From positions 88,734 to 120,733 of the forward strand of contig JBHGXV010000049.1 in the NCBI GenBank assembly GCA_041920505.1: a stretch of DNA of 32,000 nucleotides. Direction: 5' to 3'. The stretch is from Paenibacillaceae bacterium (GTDB taxonomy: Bacteria; Bacillota; Bacilli; Brevibacillales; Brevibacillaceae). The notes under the pieces were generated by a model. That model ran no database searches, was not told the origin of the DNA, and saw only the letters and a program-made list of their open reading frames with translations. A program made the position numbers and the translations under genes. Shown here one piece after another: positions 24,401 to 32,000 of the stretch (positions are counted from its first letter, which is position 1; each line of letters begins with the position of its first letter).

Positions 24401-25425
24401 TTGTCCGCGGTCCCGTGTTGAGCGACGGCGCCGGTTATCGCCGACAGCGATTGAAGGTAGTCGAGGTCTACCTCTTTGTTTTTGCCGCCAATATCGCCAA
24501 AGCCGATCGAGTAGAGCTTGACGTTTGCTTTCGCCAGTTCGGTTGCCATCTCGCGGCCGTGTTGAATAATTTCATTCTGAACACTCTCGTACGTTGTGTT
24601 GTCAAAGCGAAGCGTTTTTCCGTTGTTCTCGAAATACTTGTCATAGTCCCCGTTTGTATACAATTCGTAATGAACTTCTCTCTCTCCATTGACATCTACA
24701 TATTTTTTCCAGATTCTAAACCAATCCCAGTCATCATAGTAATAATACTTCCCGTTCAACAGCACGTTTTTCTTCGAGAAAGTCGGAAACCCGTCTGTCA
24801 GGAAGACAACGTATTTGCGGTTGGGTGAAGATTGCAGAATTTGTCGCGCCTTATCGAGCGAAGTGGTGTAGTTCGTACCCCCTTCCGCATCCAACGCGGT
24901 TACCTTTTGCATCACGATCTTTTGAAAGGCGTCATTCGCATTGGTCGTCAGGGTGTAGACGGCTTTGTTCGCCTCTACAATGTCACTGTCAAACGGAACC
25001 AGCGCCAACCTGTCTCCGATATTTTTCGCGCCGGCGTTTACGCTTTTGAACAGATTGACGGCCTCCTGAACGGCGTCTTTTGCCAGATCCATCTTGGACT
25101 TGGACTTTTTGCCGGAGCCGATTTTATCATTCATCGAACCGGATTTGTCGACCACGAAGACGACGTCTACCGGTTGGCGGGTCGTATCCGTCACCGTTCC
25201 TCGCGGCGTAAGCGTGATGTTGAACGCTCCCTGCGCAGGACCGTCAGCCGGTTTGGCGATTTCCGACTGGGCTGCCTCCACGCTTACATCCAGCGATGCC
25301 GGATTTGTATTCCCCGCGCCATTCCCGTTGTTGCCCGCAGCCGCGGCCAACCCGGTCACAAGCCCATTGCCCGTAACAAGCGACACCACCAAGAGAAGTG
25401 CCATGCACAGACGTATGTACCGCAC
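21481..25425 (-). CDS. Secreted 1314-aa protein: Sec signal peptide, von Willebrand factor A domain and multiple Ig-like domains (one clear Big_2)
   Basis: (GTG)RYIRLCMALLLVVSLVTGNGLVTGLAAAAG is the signal peptide. The vWA MIDAS elements are DVVFVVDKSGSM (DxSxS) and YVVFLTDG. A Big_2-type module (IPVTGVTVSPANVNLQVGERTTLTATVTPSNATNRSVTWQSSNPDVATVDESGTVTGVRPGTATITVTS) lies at about nt 22840-23085. The remainder is beta-rich. There is no LPXTG, no prepilin N-terminus and no C-terminal TM. Confidence 0.85.
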   Translation of the reverse strand: MRYIRLCMALLLVVSLVTGNGLVTGLAAAAGNNGNGAGNTNPASLDVSVEAAQSEIAKPADGPAQGAFNITLTPRGTVTDTTRQPVDVVFVVDKSGSMNDKIGSGKKSKSKMDLAKDAVQEAVNLFKSVNAGAKNIGDRLALVPFDSDIVEANKAVYTLTTNANDAFQKIVMQKVTALDAEGGTNYTTSLDKARQILQSSPNRKYVVFLTDGFPTFSKKNVLLNGKYYYYDDWDWFRIWKKYVDVNGEREVHYELYTNGDYDKYFENNGKTLRFDNTTYESVQNEIIQHGREMATELAKANVKLYSIGFGDIGGKNKEVDLDYLQSLSAITGAVAQHGTADNLSSVFRSITDDINRLALSEVQLKVRIKDQQLKDRVRLAAGAKAYVDGDYAVINMNDVPYTVGGPTPSPQSYMLPLEFLETGNYVFNDMTLTYRYFDGTVREVKNIHPVHIKVVDKQEPTFQATMSYGSDVSGLVKSVQTNLNNNVFDIRYSIAPIGDLDKSDQGQLSNVTLVQHLPKGITVVNSGDSFVRTSPEADGTRAEITFDPVNINNGVFQPSTGQTRTLRVSVDWALNERLQNPLLQYSYKGEQKSIAVEAPLDPVKLTVKLHDDRGFTYEANEAGQIRKVADEGNTAVDAVTLEQDGRSLVYPVTSMAFKENTDNTVVLVTYRNVTENRDLTAELPLVPSLVITEKLSGRSLASGAVSSGPAIVSIDRLVPDSGGKVSYKYRVTKGSSAGSWQSLTDPYRIELADNGVYTVEVQATGGFAVDKTVRVSVTVQSAIPVTGVTVSPANVNLQVGERTTLTATVTPSNATNRSVTWQSSNPDVATVDESGTVTGVRPGTATITVTSVDNPSKSATSQVTVVDQQTQFLVFYDAQLTQPVTDVSNWLDRDVYVKLVFPDSFATSQRVYTINNGDPTAYTGPILINREGVTTIGYKARASDNDWTEQTIKIDKSGPVVTISGGTVDAVQKVVKGITITATDTNPIDHIDVWTSVGGNKQTLSGAMGTYDTPVINQGSVTVYAQAVDSLGKAGQVASKTYTLDDAPPSIIVDDSFIRQATKNDDNRYISLAVNVTDDVSGVDKVEYKVIKLNISGDTVSDGSTVTGGTLTATSGSLWEASDIFIDGGPGFYKVVIDAYDKVYDPENEQTKTRHVAQKWDVFFISPGYRLAAVPTASATVSNKPIVITLQKDHAGISYFASDVAEPSDTAKLRLGTLFDANRNMTIDPESAGDWDWHISKIEYAVVDVSTGTPPVINNWLPLKSSQIVITGQDKPYEVYIRITDNYTRRGGKQVVNTYKLSGTFVVSSKLKKL

Positions 25426-25530
25426 AATTCCAACCCCTTTCCTCTCCCGTCACCAGCGGAAAACCGCAGTCCCGATCTTTCGACCTATTTTCTGAGTATA
25501 TATGTAATTGTACCACGTTTTTCCGGCCAA

Positions 25531-25564
25531 TAAAGCAAAAACTCGCCAAAAGAAATGGCGAGTT
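25531..25564 (-). terminator. Rho-independent terminator after murC
   Basis: 9-bp perfect stem (25540-25548 AACTCGCCA paired with 25556-25564 TGGCGAGTT) with a 7-nt loop. On the minus strand it is followed by TTTTGCTTT. Confidence 0.75.
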
Positions 25565-25590
25565 GCAGAAAATTCAATAGGTTGTTGGAC

Positions 25591-26982
25591 CTATTTGCAC
25601 AAATGTTCCGCCAGCCAGTACGCCGACTTCCAGATGTCGCCGGCCCCCATCGTCAGCACCAGGTCGCCCGGCCGGATTTCGTTGACCAGAAGCTCCTGCA
25701 CTTCCTCTTTGGTCGGCAGGTACTTGGCGCGTGGATGGCTGTTGACGCGGATTTTTTCCACCAGCACCTGTGAACTGACGCCTTCGATCTGCTGTTCACC
25801 GGCAGGCGAGTAGATGTCGGTGATGATCACTTCGTCGGCTTCGGCAAACGCTTTGCTGAATTCGTCCATCAAAAAATAGGTGCGCGTGTAGCGCTGCGGC
25901 TGGAACACGGCGATGACGCGGCGGCCGGAAGCGCGTGCCCCGCTGATGGTGGCGATGATCTCGGTCGGATGGTGCGCGTAGTCGTCGACGACGAGGATGT
26001 CGCGCGCTTCTCCGACGATCTGGAACCGGCGCTTGGCACCGCGAAAACTCTCCAGCGCGGCCGCGATCCGCTCAAACGGAACGCCCGCCTGGAGGCAGAC
26101 GATCATCGCCGCAAGCGCGTTGGCGACGTTGTGCTTGCCGGGAATGTTCAGCAACAGTTCGCCCAAACGTTCGTCGCCGCGCCACACCTGGCACGTGGTG
26201 CGGCGGTCGCCGCAGACGATCTCTTTGGCGGTGTAGTCCGCCTGCGGCATGAACGCCGGGTCGATGCTGTAGGTAATCGTGGTGCGGCCAATCGTCGGCA
26301 CCAGTTCGCGCACATAGACGTTGTCGATGCACAGTATCGCCTTGCCGTCCGGTTTGAGATGGCTGAGAAACTGGACATACGCCCGCTTCAGGTTCTCAAA
26401 CTGGCCGTCGAAGTGTTCCAGATGATCCGCTTCGATGTTGGTCACCACGGCCATCGACGGGCGGTATTCGAGGAAGGAGCCGTCGCTTTCGTCCGCTTCG
26501 GCGACGACGAACTCGCTCTTGCCCGCCTTGGCGTTGGTGCCGGCGTTCATCAATTCGCCGCCGATGATATAGGTCGGGTCCACCCCGCATTCTTCCAGGA
26601 TATGGGCGATCATCGACGTGGTCGTGGTTTTGCCGTGCGCGCCCGCCACAGCGATGCCGGTGCGCTCGTTGAGGATGCGGGCCAGCATCTTGGAACGGTG
26701 GAGAACGGGTATGCCTTTGGCCTTGGCTTCCACAATCTCCGGATTGTCTTTGGGAATGCTGGTCGAATACACCACCAGATCCGCACCCTCAACGTGTTTC
26801 GCATCGTGCCCCAGCATGACGACGGCGCCGCGCGCCTTCAGCTTTTTGGCCAGTTCGTTCATCGCGACGTCGGAGCCCGTCACCTTGATCCCGAGGTCGA
26901 GTAGGACGCGGGCGATCGCACTCATGCCGTAACCGCCGATGCCTACGAAGTGGACGTGTTGTACCTGATCCACTCTATTCAC
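25591..26982 (-). CDS. murC: UDP-N-acetylmuramate--L-alanine ligase
   Basis: [38 protein letters not shown]..., [13 protein letters not shown] (P-loop), and HHPTEI near the C-terminal domain. The start overlaps the folC 3' end by 8 nt. Confidence 0.95.
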   Translation of the reverse strand: MNRVDQVQHVHFVGIGGYGMSAIARVLLDLGIKVTGSDVAMNELAKKLKARGAVVMLGHDAKHVEGADLVVYSTSIPKDNPEIVEAKAKGIPVLHRSKMLARILNERTGIAVAGAHGKTTTTSMIAHILEECGVDPTYIIGGELMNAGTNAKAGKSEFVVAEADESDGSFLEYRPSMAVVTNIEADHLEHFDGQFENLKRAYVQFLSHLKPDGKAILCIDNVYVRELVPTIGRTTITYSIDPAFMPQADYTAKEIVCGDRRTTCQVWRGDERLGELLLNIPGKHNVANALAAMIVCLQAGVPFERIAAALESFRGAKRRFQIVGEARDILVVDDYAHHPTEIIATISGARASGRRVIAVFQPQRYTRTYFLMDEFSKAFAEADEVIITDIYSPAGEQQIEGVSSQVLVEKIRVNSHPRAKYLPTKEEVQELLVNEIRPGDLVLTMGAGDIWKSAYWLAEHLCK

Positions 26983-28342
26983 CTGCCTCTTCTACGGTTA
27001 TCTGTAAGAACGTGCGCACTTGAGCGATGAAGTAGAGCGAGCCGCAGGCGACGAGCATATCGTCCTGGTGCCCAGCTTCGGTCATCCAACCACGCAAAAA
27101 GGAGCGCCAATCCAAGACAAGTGAAATCCGATCAGGATCCAGGCCGCCCGCGCAAAACGCGTCCCGCAGCACCTCGGCTTGGGCCGCGCGGGGCGCTTCA
27201 AACGAGGTGAGGTGGATCGCTTCGGTGTTCGGCCCGTGCGCCGCCCAGGCGGCTGCCATCCGGGACAGCGGCTTGTCAGCAAGCGCGGCGACAAGCACAT
27301 GCACTCGCACGTGGTCGGGAACCAGCTCGCGCAGGCTTTTCGCCAGCGCCTCCATCCCTTCCTGGTTGTGTGCGCCGTCGAGAACGACCAACGGCCGATT
27401 CGACACGACCTCCAGACGTCCCGGCCAACGTGTTTGTTGCAGTCCGCGGGAAATTTCTTCTTCCTCCAACATAAAGGCAAAAAACTCTTTCAACAGGTCG
27501 ATCGCCATCAAGGCGACACCGGCGTTGGTCACCTGGTGCCCACCGTTCATCTCCAGGGTGTAGACCGACTCGCGCGGATGGAACACGCTTTGGTAGCGGA
27601 ACTGCTGGCTGCCCAACCGGACCGTCCCGGGCAGCGGTTCGGCGTGAAACTCGCGCCCCAGCCGGTAGAGTGAACTGCGCTTGGCGCGCGCCGTCTCTTC
27701 GATCACGGCGAGTGAGCGCGGCTCAAGGTCGCCCAGCACCACCGGGACGCCGGGCTTGATGATGCCAGCCTTTTCCCTGGCGATCTCCTCAATCGTGGCA
27801 CCGAGCACGTCAGTGTGGTCCAGGCCGACATTGGTAATGACCGAGACAAGCGGGTGGACGACATTGGTCGAATCCAGTCTGCCGCCCAGCCCGGTCTCCC
27901 AGACCACCACAGACGGACGGACGCGCTCGGCGAAGTACAAAAGCGCCAGCACGGTAATCACTTCGAATTCCGTCGGCGAGCCGTATTCGGTTTCGGCGCA
28001 CCGCTCCACCAGCGGTTTGAGCCGATTCGCCAGTTGCAGCAGGTCTTTCTCTGGAATCATCTGTCCGTTGTAACGGATACGTTCGCGAAAATCGACAACG
28101 TACGGAGACGTGAAGGTACCCACGCTGTAACCGGCCTCCATCAGCATCTGCGTCAGATAGGCGCAGGTGGAACCTTTTCCGTTCGTTCCCGCCACGTGTA
28201 CGAAGGCGAGCCGCCGGTGCGGGTGATCCAACTCGGCAAGCATCCAGTTCATGCGTTCCAACCCCGGTTTTTGCCCGAACCGGAGCAACCCGTGCAACCA
28301 ATCAAGCGCTTCCGAATAGGTGACAAAAGGTTCAGCCTTCAT
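26975..28342 (-). CDS. folC: Bifunctional folylpolyglutamate synthase / dihydrofolate synthase
   Basis: [63 protein letters not shown] closely resembles the FolC N-terminus as I recall it from B. subtilis. ATG 28342 is preferred over the track's 28363. Confidence 0.92.
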   Translation of the reverse strand: MKAEPFVTYSEALDWLHGLLRFGQKPGLERMNWMLAELDHPHRRLAFVHVAGTNGKGSTCAYLTQMLMEAGYSVGTFTSPYVVDFRERIRYNGQMIPEKDLLQLANRLKPLVERCAETEYGSPTEFEVITVLALLYFAERVRPSVVVWETGLGGRLDSTNVVHPLVSVITNVGLDHTDVLGATIEEIAREKAGIIKPGVPVVLGDLEPRSLAVIEETARAKRSSLYRLGREFHAEPLPGTVRLGSQQFRYQSVFHPRESVYTLEMNGGHQVTNAGVALMAIDLLKEFFAFMLEEEEISRGLQQTRWPGRLEVVSNRPLVVLDGAHNQEGMEALAKSLRELVPDHVRVHVLVAALADKPLSRMAAAWAAHGPNTEAIHLTSFEAPRAAQAEVLRDAFCAGGLDPDRISLVLDWRSFLRGWMTEAGHQDDMLVACGSLYFIAQVRTFLQITVEEAGE

Positions 28343-28391
28343 ACGGTATGACTCCAATCCCATAAATATGACAGTCGCTCTCGCTTCATGC

Positions 28392-31061
28392 TTACTGTTT
28401 CAACTCGGACAGGCGGGCCAGCACTTTTTCCCGTTTGTCCACGTAATCGGCCAGCTTGGCTTTTTCTTCTTCGACCACCTTGGTCGGCGCCTTGGAGACG
28501 AACCCTTCGTTGGCCAGTTTTTTCTCGATCCGCTCCACTTCGGCGTGCAGGGTGGCCAGTTCTTTCTCCAGACGCTTCACTTCCTGTTCGAGGTCGATCA
28601 GACCGGCGAGCGGCAGATACAGCTCGGCGCCGGTGACGACGGCGGACATCGCCTTTTCCGGCGGCGTCAGGTCGGCTGAGATCACCAGTTTCTGCGGGTT
28701 GCAGAAACGAACGAGGAACTCTTCGCCGCGCGTAAGCCGCTCCAGCGCGACCGTGTCGCTTGCCTTGATCAACAGCTCGATCTTCTTCGACATCGGTACG
28801 TTCACTTCGGCGCGGATGTTGCGGACGCTGCGGATCACGTCCATCAACAGGTTCATCTCCGCTTCGGCTTCCGCGAAGATCCAGTCTTCACGCACCTTCG
28901 GCCAGGCGGCGACGGTGATGCTCTTGCCTTCGTGCGGCAGGGCCTGCCAAATCTCCTCGGTGATGAACGGCATGAACGGATGCAACAGACGCAGTGTCTG
29001 ATCCAGCACGGTCACAAGCACCGACTGGGTGGTCTTCTTCGCGGCCGCGTCGGAACCGTAAAGCGGCAGTTTGGCCATCTCGATGTACCAGTCGCACAGA
29101 TCGTCCCAGATGAAGTTGTACAGGCAGCGTCCGGCCTCGCCGAATTCGAACTGGTCCATGAGCCGGGTGACGTCGGCGATGGTTGCCTGAAGCCGGGTCA
29201 AGATCCACTTGTCAGGCGCGGACAATTCGCCGGACAGGTCGATGTCGCCGTAGGTGAATCCCTCCAGGTTCATCAGCGCGAAACGAGAGGCGTTCCAGAT
29301 CTTGTTGGCGAAGTTGCGGCTGGATTCCACCTTTTCCCAGTAGAAGCGCTGATCGTTCCCCGGCGAGTTGCCGGTCGCAAGCGTGAAGCGCAGGGCGTCC
29401 GCACCGTACTTTTCGATCACTTCCATCGGGTCGACGCCGTTGCCGAGCGACTTGGACATCTTGCGTCCTTCCGAGTCGCGGATAATGCCGTGGATCAGCA
29501 CGGTCTCAAACGGGTTGCGTCCGGTAAACTCCAGCCCGCTGAAGATCATCCGGGCCACCCAGAAGAAAATGATGTCGTAGCCGGTCACCAGCACGTTGGT
29601 CGGATAGAAATACTTCATGTCTTCGGTATCGTCCGGCCAGCCGAGCGTGGAGAACGGCCAGAGCGCGGAGCTGAACCAGGTGTCGAGCACGTCCTCGTCC
29701 TGTTTTACGTTGCGACTGCCGCAGTTCGGACACTCGGTGACGTCCGTGCGGGAGACAATCTCGTGGCCGCAGTCCTCGCAGTACCAGGCCGGAATGCGGT
29801 GGCCCCACCACAACTGGCGGGAGATACACCAGTCGCGGATGTTTTCGATCCAGCGCAAATACGTGTTTTTAAACCGCTCCGGCACGAATTTGACGCTGTC
29901 GGGGCTGGCGGCACTGGCCAGGGCGGCGTCGGCCAGAGGCTGCATCTTGACGAACCACTGGGTGGACAGGTACGGCTCGACGACAGCGTCGCTGCGTTCG
30001 CTGTGGCCCACCTGGTGGATGTGTTCCTCGATCTTGAACATGACGCCCTGCTCGGTCAGATCCTTGATGATCTGCGCGCGGCAGGCGAAGCGGTCCAGTC
30101 CCTGGTACGGACCGGCGTTTTCGTTCATCGTGCCCGTCTCGTCCATGACGACGACCTGCGGCAGGTTGTGGCGCAAGCCCAGTTCGAAATCGTTCGGGTC
30201 GTGCGCCGGGGTGATTTTCACCGCGCCGGAACCGAATTCGGGATCGACGTAGTCGTCGGCGACAATCGGGATCTCCCGGCCTGTGATCGGCAGGATGACG
30301 GTCTTGCCGACGAGGTGCTTGTAGCGCTCGTCATCCGGGTGAACGGCGACGGCGGTGTCGCCCAGCATCGTTTCCGGACGGGTGGTGGCCACTTCGATGT
30401 AGCCGCTGCCGTCGGCGAGCGGGTAGCGCATGTGGTGCAGCGCGCCCTTTACTTCCTTGTAGATGACCTCAATGTCGGACAGCGCCGTGCGTGTCACCGG
30501 GTCCCAGTTGATAATCCGCTTGCCTCGGTAGATCAGCCCTTTTTCGTAGAGGCGGACGAACACTTCGCGCACCGCGCGGGAAAGCCCTTCGTCCATGGTG
30601 AAGCGCTCGCGCGAGTAGTCAAGCGCAAGTCCCAGTTTCTCCCACTGTTCGCGGATGTGACGGGCGTAGATGTGCTTCCACTCCCAGACTTTTTCCAGGA
30701 ACTTCTCCCGCCCGAGTTCGTGCCGGGAGATGCCCTGTTCCCGCAATGTGGCCTCGACGCGGGCCTGGGTGGCAATCCCGGCGTGGTCCATACCCGGCAA
30801 AAACAGCGCGCTGTAGCCCTGCATCCGCTTCGCGCGGGTGATGATGTCCTGCAAGGTCGTGTCCAGCGCGTGACCGAGGTGCAGCTTGCCGGTTACGTTC
30901 GGCGGCGGAATCACGATGGTAAACGGTTGTTTGTCCGGATCGCGCTCTGCCTTGAAAAAGTCGTTCTGGATCCAGTACGGATACCACTTGGTCTCCGCCG
31001 CTTTCGGATCGTAGTTTTTGGGGAGCTGGTTGTCAACGTTGGGGGTCGATGGCGTCGACAT
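28392..31061 (-). CDS. valS: Valine--tRNA ligase
   Basis: [30 protein letters not shown]...[14 protein letters not shown] (HIGH), KMSKSLGN (KMSKS), and a C-terminal coiled coil. The start at ATG 31061 has RBS AAAGGAGG 8 nt upstream. The track's extension to 31250 reads through the T-box leader. Confidence 0.97.
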   Translation of the reverse strand: MSTPSTPNVDNQLPKNYDPKAAETKWYPYWIQNDFFKAERDPDKQPFTIVIPPPNVTGKLHLGHALDTTLQDIITRAKRMQGYSALFLPGMDHAGIATQARVEATLREQGISRHELGREKFLEKVWEWKHIYARHIREQWEKLGLALDYSRERFTMDEGLSRAVREVFVRLYEKGLIYRGKRIINWDPVTRTALSDIEVIYKEVKGALHHMRYPLADGSGYIEVATTRPETMLGDTAVAVHPDDERYKHLVGKTVILPITGREIPIVADDYVDPEFGSGAVKITPAHDPNDFELGLRHNLPQVVVMDETGTMNENAGPYQGLDRFACRAQIIKDLTEQGVMFKIEEHIHQVGHSERSDAVVEPYLSTQWFVKMQPLADAALASAASPDSVKFVPERFKNTYLRWIENIRDWCISRQLWWGHRIPAWYCEDCGHEIVSRTDVTECPNCGSRNVKQDEDVLDTWFSSALWPFSTLGWPDDTEDMKYFYPTNVLVTGYDIIFFWVARMIFSGLEFTGRNPFETVLIHGIIRDSEGRKMSKSLGNGVDPMEVIEKYGADALRFTLATGNSPGNDQRFYWEKVESSRNFANKIWNASRFALMNLEGFTYGDIDLSGELSAPDKWILTRLQATIADVTRLMDQFEFGEAGRCLYNFIWDDLCDWYIEMAKLPLYGSDAAAKKTTQSVLVTVLDQTLRLLHPFMPFITEEIWQALPHEGKSITVAAWPKVREDWIFAEAEAEMNLLMDVIRSVRNIRAEVNVPMSKKIELLIKASDTVALERLTRGEEFLVRFCNPQKLVISADLTPPEKAMSAVVTGAELYLPLAGLIDLEQEVKRLEKELATLHAEVERIEKKLANEGFVSKAPTKVVEEEKAKLADYVDKREKVLARLSELKQ

Positions 31062-31387
31062 CAGAAAAACCTCCTTTGGGCAATGGTCGAAAAACAAAAA
31101 AACCCTTTCATCCAAAGGACGAAAGGAGTTGTTTCGCGGTACCACCTTTGTTAGCGCAAACCGGTTCGGGGTTGCGCTCACTCGAACATGATAACGGCGT
31201 ACACGCCGATCCCGACTACTGGCGGGCCCTGCAAGGCCAGGCTGGTTCATCGGAATGACTCCCGGGCGACCTTCGACCGTTCCGCCTTAGAGAATCTCGC
31301 AGCAACATGATTCTCCCTCTCTGCCAAGGCATCCAGCGTCTACTCTTCCCGTTCATCGCTTTTTACGATATGAAAAACTCTACTCTC
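31062..31387 (-). promoter_or_regulatory. T-box riboswitch leader (Val) with an intrinsic terminator
   Basis: On the minus strand: the stem I start AGCGAUGAACGGGAAGAGUAG, then the T-box sequence AAAGGUGGUACCGCGAAAC (31149-31131), then a terminator CCUUUCGUCC-UUU-GGAUGAAAGG followed by GUUUUUUUG (31094-31125). The candidate specifier GUC followed by a purine lies in GAAGGUCGCC (31270-31268). A second GUC is at 31277-31275. Confidence 0.85.
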
Positions 31388-31393
31388 GAGAAC

Positions 31394-31422
31394 ATTATAG
31401 CGGACGGCGCACGCCGCGTCAA
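31394..31422 (-). promoter_or_regulatory. Sigma-A promoter of the valS-folC-murC operon
   Basis: On the minus strand: TTGACG (31422-31417), 17-nt spacer, TATAAT (31399-31394). The -35 element overlaps the TGA stop of the upstream STAS gene. Confidence 0.75.
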
Positions 31423-31742
31423 ACGTCCGCTCCCAGTTGCTTCACGTCCACGCCGAGCGCTTCGGCAAACCCGAGGACGCGCAGGATGTCGTAGATGTCC
31501 TCCTGCACGTTGACGATCTCCACGTGTTTCCCGCTGGCGAGCAGATCTTTGGTGGTGTAGAACAGGTTGCCGATGCCCGCCGAGTCAATGAACGTCACCT
31601 CGGTAAAATCAAGGGTGACGGACTGGTTGCGCTCTCCCACAGAGCGAAGCAGACTGCCTACGGTTTTGCCCACAGCCATGTCCAATTCACCTGTCAAAAA
31701 AATCGTGGCCTGCTGTTCGTTTTCGGTTACCTGGTAACTCAT
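31419..31742 (-). CDS. STAS-domain anti-sigma-factor antagonist (SpoIIAA/RsbV-like)
   Basis: MSYQVTENEQQATIFLTGELDMAVGKTV...VTLDFTEVTFIDSAGIGNLF contains the conserved phosphorylatable Ser in the DSAG(I/L)G context. ATG 31742 has RBS GAGGAGAG 8 nt upstream. Confidence 0.85.
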   Translation of the reverse strand: MSYQVTENEQQATIFLTGELDMAVGKTVGSLLRSVGERNQSVTLDFTEVTFIDSAGIGNLFYTTKDLLASGKHVEIVNVQEDIYDILRVLGFAEALGVDVKQLGADV

Positions 31743-31831
31743 CTCCAAAGCTCTCCTCTCACGGCGATTCCACCGGAAGTACCGCTCAACAGTTGCTTCC
31801 CTTTCTCGTTTTTTCCCGCAAACCGGCGGGA

Positions 31832-32000
31832 TTAAACCTGGTCTTCGCGAAACGTAAGTTCCAGCACGATTTTGGTGCCGTCGGGTGAACTGTTCAGAAA
31901 GATCTTGTCGGCGTAGGCCATCATCAGATGAAAGCCCGCCCCCAGCGAGTCGCGCGTCGAATAGCCGTTGACCAGCATCGCCTGCGGCAACTGGGACAGG
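31832..32000 (-). CDS. C-terminal fragment of an HATPase_c-type protein (anti-sigma factor/serine kinase-like partner of the STAS protein); the 5' part lies outside the window
   Basis: My translation gives ...LSQLPQAMLVNGYSTRDSLGAGFHLMMAYADKIFLNSSPDGTKIVLELTFREDQV then TAA. The G-x-G ATP-lid-like motif followed by a terminal beta-strand fits the C-terminus of GHKL-type kinases. Its adjacency to the STAS gene supports a partner-switching module. Confidence 0.55.
   Translation of the reverse strand, partial: LSQLPQAMLVNGYSTRDSLGAGFHLMMAYADKIFLNSSPDGTKIVLELTFREDQV

Noticed and set aside
31062-31250. 5' extension of the valS ORF (63 extra codons). Analogous extensions exist for mreB (to 3773), pilM (to 9572), DUF4321 (to 5649) and the PilV-like gene (from 17888).
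   Set aside because: The ORF track takes the first ATG/GTG/TTG after a stop. The extensions run through a T-box leader, terminators, promoters or neighbouring genes, and the internal starts have good Shine-Dalgarno sequences and family-typical N-termini.

Overview
High-GC (about 60% in the lines I hand-counted) Firmicutes/Bacillales-type chromosomal segment, with almost all genes on the minus strand. The backbone is the cell-shape neighbourhood known from Bacillus subtilis (valS-folC-comC-spoIIB-maf-radC-mreB-mreC-mreD), with three differences. murC follows and overlaps folC. A PBP2-type transpeptidase follows mreD. The slot of the orphan prepilin peptidase comC holds a complete Gram-positive type IV pilus (T4P) locus of about 19 kb.

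Reading along the minus strand from high to low coordinates: HATPase fragment, STAS antagonist, sigma-A promoter plus Val T-box leader, valS, folC, murC, terminator, then a 1314-aa secreted vWA/Ig-like protein. That protein converges on a plus-strand minor-pilin operon (PilV-like, PilW-like, and a 621-aa PilX/PilK-like protein without Glu5). An AT-rich divergent control region follows.

Next comes a long, tightly coupled minus-strand operon: acidic polytopic membrane protein, VanW/G5 protein, pilB, pilT, pilC, pilA. A 426-bp structured spacer with a terminator separates pilA from pilD-pilM-pilN-pilO. After these come a SPOR-domain (spoIIB-position) gene that appears split by one in-frame TAG, a terminator and promoter, then DUF4321-like, maf, radC, mreB, mreC, mreD and PBP2 (truncated by the window edge).

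I found no tRNA, rRNA, CRISPR array, transposase or recognisable defence genes.

The most interesting signals are:
- Non-canonical components wired into the pilus locus: the VanW/G5 protein sharing an ATGA overlap with pilB, the acidic disordered membrane protein, and the Sec-type vWA giant.
- A textbook tandem MshEN c-di-GMP-binding motif in PilB.
- A sharp GC drop confined to the variable domain of the major pilin.
- The repeat-bracketed, highly structured pilA 3' spacer.
- The in-frame TAG in the SPOR gene.

The many long ORFs antisense to real genes are high-GC artefacts. The ORF track also counts GTG and TTG as starts, so several listed 5' ends are too long and have been trimmed here.
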